Source of the DNA: Tubiluchus corallicola
Lineage: Eukaryota; Animalia; Priapulida
Length of the DNA: 42,260 nucleotides
Reading direction: 5' to 3'
Assembly: GCA_030141605.1 (NCBI GenBank)
Contig: JAQGDQ010001409.1
Span: forward strand, 1 to 42,260
The position numbers and the translations under genes are program-made. Every line of letters begins with the position of its first letter. Positions within the stretch are counted from its first letter, which is position 1. Positions 39,633 to 42,260 of this stretch are shown here, piece after piece. The notes below the pieces were generated by a model that was not told where the DNA came from, did no database searches, and saw only the letters and a program-made list of their open reading frames with translations.

Positions 39633-40722
39633 CTGATTGTACTTGAATGTACTTGATTGTACTTGATTGTACTTAATTGCACTATATTGTATTTGATTGT
39701 ACTTGACTGTACGTAATTGTAGTTTATTGTACTTGAATGTACTTGATTGTAGCCGACTCTACTCGATTATACTTGACTATACTTGATTCTACTTGATTGT
39801 AATTCACAACACTTGATTGTGCTTTAGTGTACTTGGTTGTACTTGATTGTACCTGACTATACTTGACTGTACTTCACTGTACTTGGTTGCACTTGACTGT
39901 ATTGATTATACTTGATTGTACATGAATCTACTTGATTGTACTGGACTGTACCTGATTGTACTTGATTGTACTTTACTGTAGTTGGTTGTACTTGACTGTA
40001 TTGATTATGCTTGATTGTACATGAATCTACTTGATTGTACTGGACTGTACCTGATTGTACTTGATTGTACTTTACTGTGCTTGATTGTACTTTAGTGTAC
40101 TTGGTTGTACTTGATTGCACCTGACTATACTTTACTGTACTTGGTTGTACTTGACTGTATTGATTATACTTGATTGTACATGAATCTACTTGATTGTACT
40201 GGACTGTACCTGATTGTACTTTACTGTGCCTGATTGTACTTTAGTGTACTTGATTGTACCTGACTATACTTGACTGTACTTGGTTGCACTTGACTGTATT
40301 GATTATACTTGATTGTACTTGATTATACTTGATTGTACTTGATTGTACTTTACTGTACTTGGTTGTTCTTGATTGTACTTGACTATACTATACTGTACTT
40401 TACTGTACTTGACTATACTATACTGTACTTTACTGTACTTGGTTGTACTTGATTGTACTTGACTGTACTATACTGTACTGTACTGTACTTTACTGTACTT
40501 GGTTGTACTTAACTGTACTTGACTGTACTATACTGTACTTTACTGTACTTAGTTGTACTTAATTGTACTTTACTGTACTATACTGTACTTTACTGTACTT
40601 GGTTGTACTTAACTGTACTTGACTGTACTATACTGTACTTGACTGTACTATACTGTACTTTACTGTACTTGGTTGTACTTGACTATACTGTACTGTACTT
40701 GGTTGTACTTATTTGTGCTTGA
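39633..40722. repeat. Degenerate 5/10-bp repeat (TTGATTGTAC/TTGACTGTAC)
   Basis: Direct observation. Confidence 0.93.
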
Positions 40723-40837
40723 TTCTTTCAAGTGTTTTGTTGAGACATGCGTGCAGTGTTTCTCACCCAGTTGTCTTTTCCTTATTAGTAAGTAAACCAG
40801 ACTTACTTGTCAACACAGTAGGAACTGAATTGACAGT

Positions 40838-41384
40838 TGTTGGCATCCTTCTGTCTCGGAAGACAGTGGAGTGTGCGTCAAAAGAGTCAGTTATTGATCA
40901 CATTGATGGAGCTGCAGCGTCGACTGTGCGCCAAGAGAGTCCGATCCTTCAACGTCTCCAAGGCGCACGCCTGGGCAAGGTGTATGGAGATCCTGAGTTG
41001 CCCAGACAACAGGAACCCCCTCTCGTCCTCCCTGGTGTAGTCCAAAGGAAAGCGGAGCGATACGTTTGGCACCAAGTTGGCTGCAGGAGCTGCCGGATTC
41101 AGTGAGCATGCTGCACTGGTCCGCCTTCGGGGCTCCACTCCTGATTTGGAAGGTTTACTCCTCTACACATGGCCATTGGGTCACTTGACCTCCTCCGCCC
41201 TCTAGCCATTGGCTGCTTGTGCAGCTCCTCCGCCTAGTGTCAAGATACAGTGTGGGCATCCCGCAAGCCTATAGCACCTGGTATTCCTAGGCGGTCACCC
41301 ATCCAAGTACTAACCAAGCTCTACGTTGCTTAACTTCGGCGATCAGACGAGAACCGGTGTTTTCAACGTGATTTGACCGTAGTC
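40838..41384 (-). mobile_element. Full-length 5S rRNA-derived SINE (SINE3-like), about 545 bp
   Basis: 5S head fused without an oligo-T terminator to a GC-rich body present in a second copy; (CAA) tail; degenerate 12-bp TSD tgaattgacagt (40826-40837) / tgaactgatagt (41386-41397). Confidence 0.82.
41265..41384 (-). pseudogene. Full-length 5S rRNA-like sequence (SINE head / 5S pseudogene)
   Basis: Minus strand gactacggtcaaatcacgttgaaaacaccggttctcgtctgatcgccgaagttaagcaacgtagagcttggttagtacttggatgggtgaccgcctaggaataccaggtgctataggctt, 120 nt, closely matching invertebrate 5S rRNA. Confidence 0.9.
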
Positions 41385-41494
41385 TTGAACTGATAGTAAA
41401 TCGATTCACTGAGCAATGACCTTGACATAGGGGTCAATTGCTACTTACACCTTTAAATGTTGCATTTATACATTGTGTAAACATTAGTTTAAAA

Positions 41495-42005
41495 TAAAGT
41501 ATGCTTTAAAATATTGAAAACTACAACAGCTTTTTTAAATTAAAGCTTAGATTAAATAATAATTATCTTGGACAGTTAAATTTTATTAAACTTTCAAAGC
41601 TACTCAGCGAATCTACTTAGACTGGCAATGGTATCTTTGTGTCACCTTCGCGTGGCCGACAAATAGGCGTTGTACAGTGATAAACACGATCATGAACTGC
41701 AGTGTTCGTCCGTGACGTCAGTGTGACGTAGAACTCATCTTCGTGACATCGCATCGACGTCTTATAGCAATCTTCGTTTTACGCAAACGTGCTTGACGCG
41801 CAGAGAAGATGCCTGCCATTGCATAAACTGCGGTTAGTTTGTGACGTAAGTGACAGCTGTGTTCGGTCGCTGTTAATTGACTTTCCAAGGTAATTATTCA
41901 AATATCGGAAACAATTGCTAACTTTAATAGGCTAGAAAACGTATATTTTCCACGGTAAATTAAAATTAGATTGAATGTAATCAATCGTCCAGTTTTTTCT
42001 TTAAA
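41495..42005 (-). mobile_element. Interspersed repeat family D, copy 2
   Basis: Reverse-complement homology to 33190-33690. Confidence 0.72.
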
Positions 42006-42260
42006 CACAAATGCTCTTGAGCATTCCGTTTCCAAGTAAACGAAATTGATTATTCCATTTTCTTTTTGTTTGGTAAAGCAAAAGTTTGGTAAAGCTTGTC
42101 ACGTTTCTTCACAAGCAAAAATCTTTTAGCATTTACATTATTTAGTTTTGAAATCTCTCATAATGGCAAATCAAAGAGCCTTTTACATTTTTTCCAACGC
42201 TATGTATTATATCTGACGTTCGTTAAAAGGGACCTTTTACTGCTACTTGTCTGTGCCAAA

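Noticed and set aside
40838-41264. HDV-like ribozyme in the SINE body
   Set aside because: I could not thread a double-pseudoknot (P1, P1.1, P2, P3, P4) by eye; only generic hairpins are supported.
41265-41384. Functional 5S rRNA gene
   Set aside because: Solitary, has substitutions in stems, lacks an oligo-T terminator, is fused to a repeated body and is flanked by a TSD-like repeat.

Overview
AT-rich animal (probably invertebrate bilaterian) genomic DNA. It holds one complete plus-strand protein-coding gene, an unkempt (unk/UNK/UNKL family) orthologue: 16 coding exons from ATG 1587 to TAA 29019, all GT-AG introns with consistent phases, 2562 nt, 853 aa, with six CCCH zinc fingers, a Ser-rich linker, a coiled coil and a C3HC4 RING. 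Introns and the 13 kb downstream are packed with non-autonomous DNA transposons (hAT-, Tc1/pogo- and piggyBac-like MITEs), SINE and LINE remnants, and many tandem repeats (21, 35, 41, 54, 69, 78 and 82 bp units). Most noteworthy: (i) a full-length 5S rRNA-headed SINE (SINE3-like) with a structured body and a second headless copy; (ii) several minisatellites built from transposon terminal inverted repeats; (iii) two MITE families sharing a core, plus a chimera of both; (iv) a 34-bp inverted pair of CTCF/ZNF143-like motifs downstream of the gene; (v) a Penelope-like palindrome with degenerate hammerhead-like cores. No second intact gene, prokaryotic-type system or CRISPR array is supported. All calls were made by eye, with no database searches.
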